In this document: positions 1 through 11,810 of the stretch, one piece after another | Layout: each line of letters opens with the position of its first letter | Position numbering within the stretch: the stretch's first letter is position 1 | Source: Camelus ferus | Lineage: Eukaryota | Direction of reading: 5' to 3' | NCBI RefSeq assembly: GCF_009834535.1 | Contig: NC_045697.1 | Span: 28,770,001-28,834,000 of the forward strand | DNA: 64,000 nt | The notes under the pieces: model-generated | Database searches by the model: none | The model's input: the letters and a program-made list of their open reading frames with translations, nothing else | What the model was told of the DNA's origin: nothing | Position numbers and translations under genes: made by a program

Positions 1-1454
1 CAACTGATAACCAGAACAGTTCCTCTACAAAAATGGAAGCCTAAAATAAGAATTGTGCTGTGCTAAGCATTACTTCACAAATGTATATTGGCTATATGTG
101 AGGACTTCATTTTAAGAAATCTTGCCTCTTCATCTAATTTTTAAATTTTTAGTAGAAACATCTGCATCAATACAAATATTAAAATCAAATATATAAACAA
201 AATTCAGAATTGAAATTACATATTGAATTATATGTATAATTTAACATACTATGTAGCAATTAGGGATAAATAAAAATCACTTATGAATGTGAAAATAATC
301 AAAACCAAATTAAGTATTTCTGGGGTCCACCTGAAGGGAAGGAAAGGAAAGAATTCATGGCCTTCCTGCCCCTAATCTATTCAGCCCCTCTTCCAACCTA
401 GGTTTGATGAGAAAAGGGAGATGCCCTACCTAAATTAAGCCCACCACACCCTAATTCCTACTAAACTATCCAATAGGCCAGACTATAGAAAACAGAAGTA
501 AGAGTGTGGGAAAGAGGGAGAGTGGCTGAAACAAAGAAAAGGATTACAGAAAAATACAAAGCAAACGCAGAAGTAACACCTGGTGGGAGAAAAATGGGGG
601 ACATTTTCAGAAAAATAAAACCCTATTATTTAATCTTTCCTAACTCTTAGCACCAAGATAGTACTCTGATTTGATTCTCTGACAGAATGAATATGGTAGA
701 TTCAGGTATGGAGTCGTAGCTAGAGAACTGTGTGGGGCACTGAACTCTGAGAGCAGGTAATAAGAAATGGATATAAGAAACAAATTTCATCTTCCCTATC
801 TCTTCCTCTAAAAATCGAGGCTTATCAAAGTCTCCCACTTCCAAACTAGCAAGAAAGAAAGAAACAAAAGTAAGTGGCACATAGCTTTGTTGTAATACAT
901 GATCTGAGACAGATTGTGTGTAACAAACTATGGGCAGAAGCACTTAATGGAACTTTGTACAACACTGTTTACAGATGTATTTTGAATATGTTATAAAACT
1001 TATCAGACATGACCCATGCATTAGTTTCAGAATCCTTAACTAAACAGGAGAGACAATATTAGTGAACTATAGATCTTGATGCTTAATGTAACATTGGTAC
1101 TAAAATGTTTGCTATCCTTCCAAACAGCTAACCTACTTCTATATGGTTTTTAACAATGCTGTCAATTAATATATATTTGTAACTTATCTAAATAACAAAA
1201 CTGTTAATGATGGTTTTCAGCTTTATGTGTCTAGGATTGGTCACAACCTCTCAGACTCAGTTTATTCAACTGGAAAATTAGAATGAAATCAAATAACCTC
1301 TAAACTATCTTTTAGTTCTAAAATTCTAAATACCTGTATTATCATCTCTAGTATGTCATCTCAAGTAAAGTACTTAATTGCAATTCAAAATATTTGCAAA
1401 TTAGCCTTCAATTCCAAAAATAAAAATATTTCTCTAATCCAATATTAATACAAA

Positions 1455-1820
1455 GTAATCATTCATTTATTCAACAAATACATGTTGAGCATCTAACTAT
1501 ATGTCAGGCATTAAACTTGGCACTGGGAAGATACAAAAGTAAACAGATGTGGTACCTGTTTTCATGAAGCTTACAGAGAAGCCAGGGAGAAAAACCAAAT
1601 AACCATATGCATAACTGTAATATCACAACTGTAATGAGTAATATGAAGGAATTAAAAGAATATATAATAGGGGATCTAAGAAACTTTCCTTAAGAACAAC
1701 AAATGAATGACAAACTGAGAGGAAGGATATATATGGGCAACCGAATTTGGACTCTGTCTAGGCAGCAATCAGCAAGGCATGTTCAAGGAACTGACAGAAG
1801 GCCAGTGTGATTGGACATAA
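1455..1820 (-). mobile_element. L2 LINE 3' fragment
   Basis: ATTCATTTATTCAACAAATACATGTTGAGCATCT..TGTCAGGCA is the reverse complement of the L2 3' end. Confidence 0.7.
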
Positions 1821-3309
1821 AAATATTTAACACAGCTCCTTTAAAACAGAAATTAAAACTTCTAAAATACAAAAGTATGTCTTAGCCCTTCCAAAGAAAT
1901 GGTCTAAGAATTTTCAAGGAAGTTTCAAAGCATCACAATAGTTTCTCTCTAATGTTAAAAAAAAAATGCTGTCGTATATATATCTCCCTGCAGAAGACCA
2001 AGCTCTCATTGATTCCTTTCTCTTTTCACTTCACTGTTTTCAACTACATAATGAAATTCACAACTTCTTCTTCTACTTAGTTTAGATTCCTTAGAAGAAA
2101 ACAGCTATAAAAATAAAAATATACATTAGGCTATTGCTCTGGCTCTGCCACTAACCTGCTCTATGACTGATCTGGGTAAATATTACTTGACTACTTTGGG
2201 TCTAACTTTTGTTATCTGAGAAATAAAGGAAGTTTCAAAATTTATTTTAGGATCCTTCTAACTCTAAAATTATGGTTCTACTGTAAAAAATGCTTGTTCC
2301 ATTCTTGAAAACTGAATAGAATGGACTAAACATCTCTGAATTCCACTGACCGAGATTTTACTTGCTTTTAAGCCCTCTTTGTATTTATATAACATTTTAA
2401 CATTGTTGCTGTAGTATAATAATAAACTACTGAACTTATAAAATTTACCCATAAATAAGCATCTAAAGAACACAAAAATTATCAAAAATACAGTGAAATA
2501 TTGTTTAAATTGCTGGAATTCAATTCAAAATGGTTAACTCAAATTGGTTAATATGTATGTCAAATTTAACTTCCAGAAGAACTAATAACAAATGGATATT
2601 CTAACTATATGTTTATTCTAGACTTAGTTATATGTCCACTTATAGTTAACAGTATTTCTGCTATTTAATCTATTTTCAGATGGAAGCTATATATATAACC
2701 ACAACTTTTAAAGCCAGATTATCCATCACTAGAATTCAACGTTTCAATATTCTTAATAAGAAAACAGTAAAAATCTGTAAACTTTTTACTTAACAGCTTT
2801 ATATTTCATAATTCATATTTCATCATCTCAAAACACTCAGTACAATCTTAAGAAGCATCAATTAAGTACCCTAATTCATGTGCAGTCTTTAGGATCCAGA
2901 CTTATTTTAATGGAAGGCATTACATCCCATTCCTTCCAAAGAGGCAACAAATTGCAAAATCCAATTATATTTTAAAAAATAAACTACAGGAATACTTTAA
3001 ATATTCATTAATCACTAACATTGTAAACATTTACTAAACACTAATACTAAGTTCTAAGAGCAAAAGGGCAAGATCATTCCCTAAAAATGCATTTCACCAA
3101 GTTGCCCAAGGTAGAAACATTGTCAACATTGTTTCTTCCCTCACCTCCCATCAAGTCTTTTTGATTCTAACTCTCACCTGTCTCTTGGATCATTCCCTAT
3201 CTCTCTATTCCCACTCTCATAGCCCTACTTCGAGGTTCCAAAATCTTTCACCTAGACTACAGTTTCCTAGCTGGACTCCCTGTCTCCAGTCTTGCCCTGT
3301 TCCAACCCA

Positions 3310-3387
3310 GCCCCAATAACCAAAATGTCTTAAGCATTGCCAAACGTCCCCTGGGGGTCAAAGATGCCCTGGCTGAGAACCACTGCA
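3310..3387 (+). mobile_element. MER20 (hAT-Charlie) terminal fragment, next to an L2 fragment (~3120-3310)
   Basis: CATTGCCAAACGTCCCCTGGGGG..GGCTGAGAACCACTG is the typical MER20 end. Confidence 0.75.
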
Positions 3388-4107
3388 TCAAGTTGATCCC
3401 TTAACAAGAAAGCACTTCGTCAGGCTGTGGCTACAATCTATGTCCTTGCAGCAGAAAGCAAAAAATTGACTTACACAAGGCTGAAACTTAACAATCCTGA
3501 CATTAGGACCACCATGCTTAAAATAAATAAGCTGACACCTTATAAAAAGAGCCATAACACTCTCTTAAAACCCCTTTGAACATACGGACATAAATCATCA
3601 CCTTACTTCAAGTCTGAATTTTGAAAAGTCAGTACATAGTATAGACGTATTTAAGCTTCTGGATATTAGAAAATTGTGATCATTTTGAAAATACCTTTTG
3701 TGCTTAAATCAATTTTCTCAGAAGTTGATGAAAATAGGGACCTTCCCAGGCAAATTACTGCCTACCTTTAAGATTGAAAGCTACTCTAAACAGTATTCTC
3801 ATAAATATTTCTAGGAACAACTTTTAAAACACCTTAATTCTCATACTTGAAAAACAGTAAGATTAGAAAAGAACACACACCCTCTTCTACTTTCCCATAA
3901 TGATTATGTCCCTAACTGAAATTATTATTCAAAGATAAAGCCAAGATACAACAATACCTCTCAGAAGGAAAAGAGAAGACGTAAGATACCTTAAAAAAAC
4001 CTGGTAGGTGAAACTTAAAGGCCAGGCCCAGCAGAGCAGTAACACCACAGGAGAGACGACTCCTAACACAGATGTCTATAGTGTGAGCATTTCATCCAGA
4101 AACTTAC

Positions 4108-4248
4108 CTTCAGTCGTTTGATCATTTCGTCGGTGGTGATCTTGTCGGTGATCTCCTTTACCCCTGGAGGGTAAGCGATCTTCCCGTCGGCACTCACGAC
4201 GCCACAGAGGGCAGTGGCAGGCTTGGGCTGCGCGGTGGAGAAGTCCAT
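4108..4248 (-). CDS. PDS5A: PDS5 cohesin-associated factor A, first coding exon (47 codons; gene continues beyond window start)
   Basis: Translation [47 protein letters not shown] matches the known PDS5A N-terminus. ATG at 4248-4246 in context CCCAGGATGG; phase-0 donor AAG|GTAAGT at 4107. Confidence 0.97.
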
Positions 4249-4288
4249 CCTGGGGGACAACTTTCCTTTCACAGTCCTCTACCGGCCT
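4249..4288 (-). other. PDS5A: PDS5A exon 2, 40-nt 5'UTR portion with splice acceptor
   Basis: Minus strand reads CTTTTGTTTTCTGACCGATAG|AGGCCGG: a pyrimidine tract plus AG at 4290-4289, 40 nt before the ATG. Confidence 0.8.
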
Positions 4289-5149
4289 CTATCGGTCAGA
4301 AAACAAAAGTTCAGCGGGAAAGGGGCGACTTTGTAACCTCTTTTTTCATTTCAAAAATCTCTAATCTGCAAAGGGCCCTTTCTCCCTGGAGGCCAGGAAC
4401 TCAGCGGGGCCCCACCACCCGCTCCTTCCAGGTGCCTGGACCCTGGTAGCCGCCGCGCCGCCCCCACCCACGCGGGCCCCGCCAACCCCGGGCCCGCGGG
4501 GCTCCCTGGCACCAGCCGCCGCGGCCGCGGGAAGCGCCGAGCAGGAGTTTCCCATTCCGCCTTTCACAATGAAATCCACCCCAAGCACCGAGGTCCGAAG
4601 TTTGGCGGCCTTGAAAGCCCGGCGAGGCCGCCAAGGCCCCCGCTCGGTCAGAGAGAAGCCTCGAGTCCCGCCCGGCCGGTCCCCTCCGGGAAAGCAGACG
4701 CGAGGCCTATAGGGCTCGGCTTAGGCCGCAAAACTAGGGAGCTAACCGGACCCACACGCAGCGGTGGCTCCCGGGTACGAACGCCCTTGCCGGGCCGAGC
4801 TCCAGGACCCCCGGCGTCCCCGCCACGCTCCCGCCCCTCCCGTGTCCCGCTCCCCCACCCACGCGGGAGGGGGAAACAAGCCGCCCTCCACCCCAAACCC
4901 CAAGCCAGGAAGCGGCTGACGCGGCTCCGCACTTCACATTTTGTTCCTTCAACTTCGGCTGAGGGACCCTGGCGGCTTCTCTCGCCCCCGGCCACTGGGC
5001 ACCGTCCGGCGCCGCCGAGGCCTTACCAGCACCTCCGGGCAGCCCCGCCGGGCCTCGGTCCCTCCGCCCCCCCCTCCCGCCTCCGATCTCCCCTTCCGTC
5101 CCCTCCCTCCACCAGCCGAGGGCGGGAGCCGAGCCGCCGCCGCCTTTAC

Positions 5150-5600
5150 CTCCTCCTCATGCGGGCGGAAGGTGCATCGAGCGCCTGGGCCTCTGTCAGG
5201 TGGTTGCGCCGCCGCCCCTCTTCGGGCTGCACACAAAGCGGCTCCGCGGGTCCCGCCGCCGCCGCCCGCCCCGGAGCGGCGCTGGGGCTGGCGGTGCCGA
5301 GGAGGAGCAGTCGCCGCGGGGGGAGACGCGGGGCGAGTGTGCGCTGGGCGGGGAGACACTGCCGCTCTCTGTCTGGCCGAGGAAGAGCAGCCTCAGAGAA
5401 GGCTCCTCCGGGAGCGAGTGCGCGTGTGTCCGCCTGGGACCCCGCGGGCCGTCCGCCCGCTCCTCGCGCCGGCCGGGTCCGCCGACCCGGACCCGGACGC
5501 CCCTCGCAGCGGCGCGCGCCCTGCCGTCCGTACTCCCGGCAGCCGGCGCCTCGCGCACACACCGGCCGGTCACGCGAGCGGTGCGAGAGCACGCGAGAGC
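5150..5600 (-). other. PDS5A: PDS5A non-coding exon 1 (TSS approximate)
   Basis: GC-rich segment ending in donor GAG|GTAAAG (GT at 5149-5148). A second candidate donor CTG|GTAAGG lies at 5026. The TSS is inferred, not visible in sequence. Confidence 0.6.
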
Positions 5601-7074
5601 AGGGAGCGCGCCTCGCTCCCTCCCCTTCCTCCGCTGGCCTTGCCTCCGCCTCCCTCGGGCCCGAGGCGGCCGCGCGCGGGCCAGACAGCGCCGCCACCCG
5701 GTTGGCGCCAAGACCTGCGGGGCGGAGCGCCGCCGGGAGGACTCGACCCAAAAGCGAGCAGAGGAGGAGCCCCGGTGGCGGGAAGCGAATCCGGTCCTCG
5801 CGGCCGTGTAAAGGCACGCAGGGAGAAGCAGCTTTACCTTACGCCACGGAGATGAGTTCATGACTTTGGGGGGAGGGGGTCATCCTGAGGGACGTGGACG
5901 GAAATGGTTGAAAAACGGTTAATTACTTGGTGAAAATGAACTGATTTCCTCCCCAGGGACAGAAGATCTGCAAACTGAGGAAAAGTTTTGCGACATGGCA
6001 CAACGTGGGCTGCTCATTCTTGTTCCTTCTGACAGCCACCAGAGTTTGCCCTCCCCTCTTTAGATGTCTAAAATTAATATTTTGAAAGTTGCAAAATATG
6101 AAAATAGCATTGAGTCGAGTAGTTCTCAAGGAATGGTCTGAAACGCAGGTTCTCGGGCTTCACTCCCAAGCCTGGAGAATCAGGATCTCTGAGACTGGAA
6201 TCCAGAGGTAAGCATGTTTACAAATAAGATAGATGATTCTTATGAACATGGAATAACTCATTTTTTAAAAAGCTTTAAAGATACCGAAGAATAACTTTTT
6301 CCTTCATCTAAAGAAAAAACTAGTGCAGTGGTGTTTGAGCAGTTTAAAGTAAAAAATTGAAGCAAATGAACGTAAGACGCATATACATAATTTCTGAAGA
6401 TGAGGTTGAAAAAAGAACACAATACTAGAAATAGCATGCAGCTCTTGAAACTGACCACTAACAATTTAAAATGATATTCAGTTATTTATTTAAATTATTC
6501 TTGATGATATCCGTTGGTCTTTTCCACATCCTTTGCTTGATCTTTAAAATATTGTAGGTACTGACCTCACTGAACTGTTTTTCAGGTATTACACAGAGGA
6601 GCAATTATCTGGGAATCTAACACACAGCAACTTTAGATTTGTTAGAACTCTGCCCAAAAGTCAGTGTCTTGTTCTTGGGCATTTACAGTTGCAAGCAGGA
6701 TACATTTAAGATCATCTTCATCCAAACTATTAAATCAACCAAAACGTACTCTTTTTAGGCTCTTCCTCTCACTTACAATTTTTATAAATCTCACATTTAA
6801 ATAACTAAAGAATAATTACTTCTTGTTTTCATTCTTGCTCTAAGTAATTTACCCATTATTGAGTGGAGTTTTTTTTATATACCCATAAATTTTAATCTTA
6901 TACAACTTACTAGTTTGTTAATATTGTTTGATCTTATAAACACTCAAAAGGTAGTAAGCTCTAAGGATCATAGCACATAAATAGAGTGAATATATTATTC
7001 TAAAGTTCAGGAATTCTAAAATTCCTGTTTTTACTTCCTTTCTGAAACATTTGTTTCCACTTACAGTAAATGAG

Positions 7075-7860
7075 AAGAGGTATATTTATTTATGCAACAA
7101 TTATTTAAAGAGGGCCTACTGTACAAAGTGCTATTTTGGGCACTGAGAAAAAAAAATCTGTAGTAGGGAGGAGACAAAAATCCCTGCCTGTTGTGGTGGA
7201 GCTTAATTTGTTTGGGAAGAGATAGAAATAAATAAATAAATAAATTGCTATGGAGGAAAATAAAGTAGAGAAGAGGAGTGATGTAGGTCACATATAACCT
7301 CTTAGGCTTTTGGCCTTTGGAAGGACTTTGGCATGTACTTTGACTGAGATGGGGAGTGTTTTAAAAAGAGAAGTGACATGCTATGATTTATGTTCTGTGA
7401 GCTGGACAACCTTGGGCAAATTACTTACTCTTTCTGTGCTTCATTTTCCTCATCTGTAAAACAGGGATAATAATTTCTATCTCAGAGGGACATTATGAAG
7501 ATTAAATAACTTAATATTTGTAAAGTACCCTAAGAATAGTAGCTGGCACATACTAAGCTCTACATGATTTTTAAAATCTGTGTAAAATGAAAGAATCACT
7601 CTGGTCACTGGGTTGAAAATAATATAGAGATGCAAGGGTAGAAGTAGGGTAACCGAGTATAAGACCTCTACAAAAATCCCAAGAGGAGATGGTAATAAGG
7701 ACCAGGTAATAACAGTGGAAGTGATGAAAAGTGGTATAAGAAAAAGAGAGGAGTCAAGAAAGCTAGGATGAATCCAAAGTTTTAGACCTATGTAACTAGA
7801 AGAATAAAGTTACCACTAACTGAGATAGGGTGGACTATGCTTAGAACAGATTTAGGGTCA
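7075..7860. mobile_element. L2 fragments (minus) with a nested MIR (~7395-7575, plus)
   Basis: MIR core CCTTGGGCAAATTACTT..CATTTTCCTCATCTGTAAAA flanked by purine-rich L2-like sequence. Confidence 0.7.
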
Positions 7861-8066
7861 GGATGTCTTTAGAATCTAAGCTGTTTGAAAGTTAATTTAG
7901 CAAACAGTTACTGAGCTCCTGCAGTGGGTAAGGTGTTGTACTTGGCAGCTGGGAAAGAATTTAGAAAACAAAAAGACAAAGTCCCTGCTCTTGACAAGAT
8001 CAGGGTCTACTGGAGAATCAGAGACATACAATAAATCATAACTCGCAAGGCTGTGATATATTTTAT

Positions 8067-8210
8067 TTTTTTAATTTTGGGGGGAGGTAATTTAGGTTTA
8101 TTTATTATTTTATTTTATTAATTTTTTTAATGGAGGTACTGGGGATCAAACTCAGGACCTCTTGCATGATATGCCAGTGCTCTACCTCTGAGCTAGACCC
8201 TGCCAACACC
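8067..8210 (-). mobile_element. tRNA-derived SINE (Vic-1-like)
   Basis: Reverse complement shows TAGCTCAGAGGTAGAG (A box), a B-box-like motif, TACCTCCATT, an A-rich tract and ATTACCTCCCCCC. Confidence 0.85.
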
Positions 8211-8604
8211 TATTTTATAATAGAGATTTGAATTACACTCCCTGGGAGCCTAGGAAAGAGGTGCTATGGGAGCTTCTCACAGGAAGGGTCTTTTGAGGTT
8301 GGGCCTTGGAGAGTGAGTAGTTGTGGTAAGCAGTTGTTGCGGGGAGAGCAATAGCTAATAGAGATAACCACAAGGTGAGAAAATGATTAGAACAATGATT
8401 GCATAAAAAAATGGCTTGGCTTCATGAGCCTTATTCTATCTTCACATAATTTCCATCAGCTCCCCCTGCCCATATGCACACATACAAGCATACAATCTAC
8501 GTACAAAATGGCATCCTACACAGCTTTAGGACAAACCCCTGACCCCTCATTTCAATCATACTACCAACCATAAATTCTCCCTACGTAGAAATTCTAGATC
8601 CAAA

Positions 8605-8805
8605 CTCTAGGGTGCTGCAACAATGGCAATGTTCCACACTTGCGTTGCAAAATACAGTAGCCACCAGCCATGTGTGACTATAAAACATCTGAAAAGTCGC
8701 TACTGCAACTGGGGGACTGAATTTTTAAGTTAAATTAAATTAATCTAAAAATTTAAGCAGCCATATGTGGCTAGTGGCTACTATATTGACCAGTGCAGTT
8801 CTAGA
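8605..8805. mobile_element. MER3 (hAT-Charlie MITE)
   Basis: AATACAGTAGCCACCAGCCATGTGTGACTA ... AGCCATATGTGGCTAGTGGCTACTATATTG internal inverted repeats. Confidence 0.8.
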
Positions 8806-10786
8806 ATACAGAGTTTGTAGGAGTGATTGACAGGAGATGAGGGTAGAGGGTAAACGGTGTTCACACTGAATGCTGCAGATGTTGAGCAGAGTGGTAGTTT
8901 AAAGGATGAAATGAGGTAATAGGAGACTAAAGCTGTCTACAGTGAAAGTGAACTAAGGTAAAAATACAACCAAACAGATAAAAATGCAAAAATATGTCAG
9001 ATATTTAAAGCAGTTTTTAAAAATATGTTTATTTATCTGAAATTCTTTATTTGCTTTTCAATTTAAAATGTAAATAGCTAAGTCTATCCTGAATAATTTC
9101 ACAAATTAAAAACTTGAATCTTCCATGTACCTCTGGTCACAGAGAAATTTTAACAAAACATCATAATTACTGTGAAACAAAAAAAAAAGTTACTTTAATT
9201 TATTTTAGTGTTTTTCCAGATATCACTGATATCTTGGCTAAAACTTGAATATATTTAGGCATAGGATAATGGCATACTTATCTAGTGAACAAAATGAATT
9301 TGACGTGTTTTATAGATGACTGATGACAAAAAATTATGAAGCCTCAATCATTTTGGCCTAGTATGACCAAGATGTTAGTGATTAACTTGTTTGTCATAGT
9401 AATTTAAAGATTTTAGTTGAATTTTGTCTAATATCTTAAACTCCATGCACATCTCTCTTCAACTTATAGTGTGAAGTCTTACCTGCATTATTAATTATAT
9501 TAACTTTCTTAAAATTGTTGTATCAAAATTAAGGATTGTTTACTGAGAAAGGACAGCAAACTAAAACTAAATGTTTTGAAATATGAAAAAAACTACTGAT
9601 ATAAAAAACATGCGTAAATCTTAGTGATATAATATGATTATCTGTTTATAAATTTCAAAAGCAAAGTTTAGGTTGTTGGTTATCCCTGGAGGGGAGCTCA
9701 GGGAACACAGTGGGACAAGATGGGAGAATGAATACATAGGTAGATATATTCTTGTTAAAGCTTTATTCTTGGGTGGAGTGGTGGCTTCACATAAGTTTAT
9801 TATATGATAAATGAATGAATGAACAAATGAGAGCAACCCATGGAGCAATGAGGGATGTGTTTATAACCTAAGGATTATAATTAATCCAATTCAGGGCACC
9901 TGAGGTCCAAAAGGAAAAAAAAGACAAACACAAGAAATTTCAAAAACTATATACATTATAATTTAATATTTTTCGAAATTACATCCCCCCAAATCAAAGA
10001 AATTCTGCCCCCATGATAATTTTTTTCTAATGGTGATAGTAAAATGAGAAATTATTTGGAGTTATATTTAATACAAAGGCCACTTTGCAGCCCTTCCTCA
10101 AGTTGCTAGTATTTGGATGATGAATGATTATAAAACTGAAAGAATTTTCAGGGTAATTAAACTTTCAACAATCACATTAAAGTGTATTTTTATTATGAAG
10201 CTTGGGATATCAGCCTCCTATTGTTTTACATGATTAAAATAAATAAGAAAGTAAACTTATGACAAATACTTCATGACAGTAAAGGCAGAAGAGATTCCTT
10301 TATAGAAATGTATTAGAGAGGATAATCACTGCCTCCCTTCCTGCAAACTCTTTTAAGAGAGTTGTTCCTACCCCAGCCCTGTATATTCACTCTCTATCAC
10401 ACAGAGTTGAGAGCTGCCTAAGCCTGCAGTGACACCTGAACCAAGAAAATGCAGTCCACAGGCTGAGCTGAACCAAACAAAGTATCACAAGAGGCTGTGA
10501 ACTAATACTTAGCAAAAGAACTTTTAGTTGAATTACATCAGTGTAAATCAGTAAAGATCTTTAGCTCTCTACCTATGAGTATGCAAAAGAAACCTGAGCT
10601 GCCCTAATTTTTGTCTTGATAGTTCAGTTTTTCTTAGACTCCACATAAGCATGGTTTCTTTAAGTAAAATCCCTTTTACTTGAGCTAATTTGAGTAGATT
10701 TCTGAATTTTGACCACCAAATATGACCTGATTTAAAATTAACAATTGAATTTCATGAAATCTTAACCATGATCCACAAACCCAGCT

Positions 10787-11213
10787 TGACTGGGTCAAAT
10801 AGTGCCCCCCCCCCCAATTAATGTCCACTTGGAATCTCAAATTGCGACCTTATTTTGAAGTAGGGATTTTGCAGATGTAATTAGCTAAAACGAAGTCCTA
10901 TTGGATTAGGTTGAGCCTTAAATCCAATGGCTGGTGTTTCAAGAAGAAGACATTCAGGGGAGAAGGCCAGGGGATGACAGAGGCAAAGATTGGAGTGAAG
11001 CAGCTGCAAGCCAAGAAATGCCAAAGATTACCAGCAGGCACCAGAGGTAAGGAAAGAGCCAAGAGAGGATTCTTCCCTTGAATCTTCAGAGGAAGTATCA
11101 CCCTGCTTGATTTCAGACTTCTGGTCTCCAGAAGTATAAGAGAATGAATTTCTCCTGTTTGAAGCTGCTGTGTTCATGATACTTTGTTACAACAACTCTA
11201 CAAAACTAATACA
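10787..11213 (+). mobile_element. MaLR LTR (MLT1C-like)
   Basis: GACCTTATTTTGAAGTAGGG..GCAGATGTAATTAG..GCAAGCCAAGAAATGCC..TTTCAGACTTCTGG..AAACTAATACA. Confidence 0.85.
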
Positions 11214-11698
11214 CCAATCATATGTAAAATTTGTCTTAAAGTGGGTTAGTTAGTAGCTGAAGAAAGCAAAGGCATTTTATCTTCTGAGAGACAAATTTCA
11301 TGACTCTTATTTTTGGATCTAATTTTTTGTTTTTGAAAGAGACCTGTAGAACATTTATAAAGCCACATGTGACAGCCTACCTGATTTCTACATTTTTCTC
11401 AATTGCATTAAGTTTGTGAGCCTCAGTTTATCTCTAGAATCTGCATTTTCATTTTTCCATTTTCTCATGTTCTTAAAAAATAAGAACAGTATTCAAGCAA
11501 ATACTTAAATAATTGTACGACTAAGATGGAGAATCTGCAGAAATGGAACTGTTGGTTGGCAGACGGCTTCACCAAGCTTTGGCTCAAAGTAGTCATTTGT
11601 CAGCTGATACGGAAAAGTTCGAAATTGGAATTTTAAAAGCAGTGTAGGAATGAGAATATATAATGTACTAATGAGACTGTACAAAAGTGAATGGACTA

Positions 11699-11810
11699 GG
11701 GCGAGAGTATAGCTCAGTGGTAGAGCATGTCCTTAGCATGCACAAGGTCCTGGGTACCTCCACTAAAAAAATAAGTAAATAAATAAATTAACCTACTTAC
11801 CACCCCCCCC
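11699..11810 (+). mobile_element. tRNA-derived SINE (Vic-1-like) with perfect 17-bp TSD
   Basis: TATAGCTCAGTGGTAGAG head; CAAAAGTGAATGGACTA repeated at 11682-11698 and 11811-11827. Confidence 0.92.

Larger units (their letters stand above)
4120..5900. promoter_or_regulatory. CpG island / PDS5A promoter
   Basis: ~1.8 kb of very GC- and CpG-rich DNA in an AT-rich, CpG-depleted background, spanning exons 1-2. Contains a GC box (GGGGCGGAG, 5719) and E2F-like motifs (5702, 5777). Confidence 0.95.

Noticed and set aside
4063..4272. 69-aa ORF as a complete small protein
   Set aside because: It is PDS5A exon 2 read from an upstream GTG and through the donor into intron 2.
4361..5863. Many long overlapping ORFs (up to 358 aa) on both strands
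   Set aside because: Stop-codon scarcity in a CpG island. The translations are low-complexity R/P/A/G, occur in most frames, and resemble no known protein.
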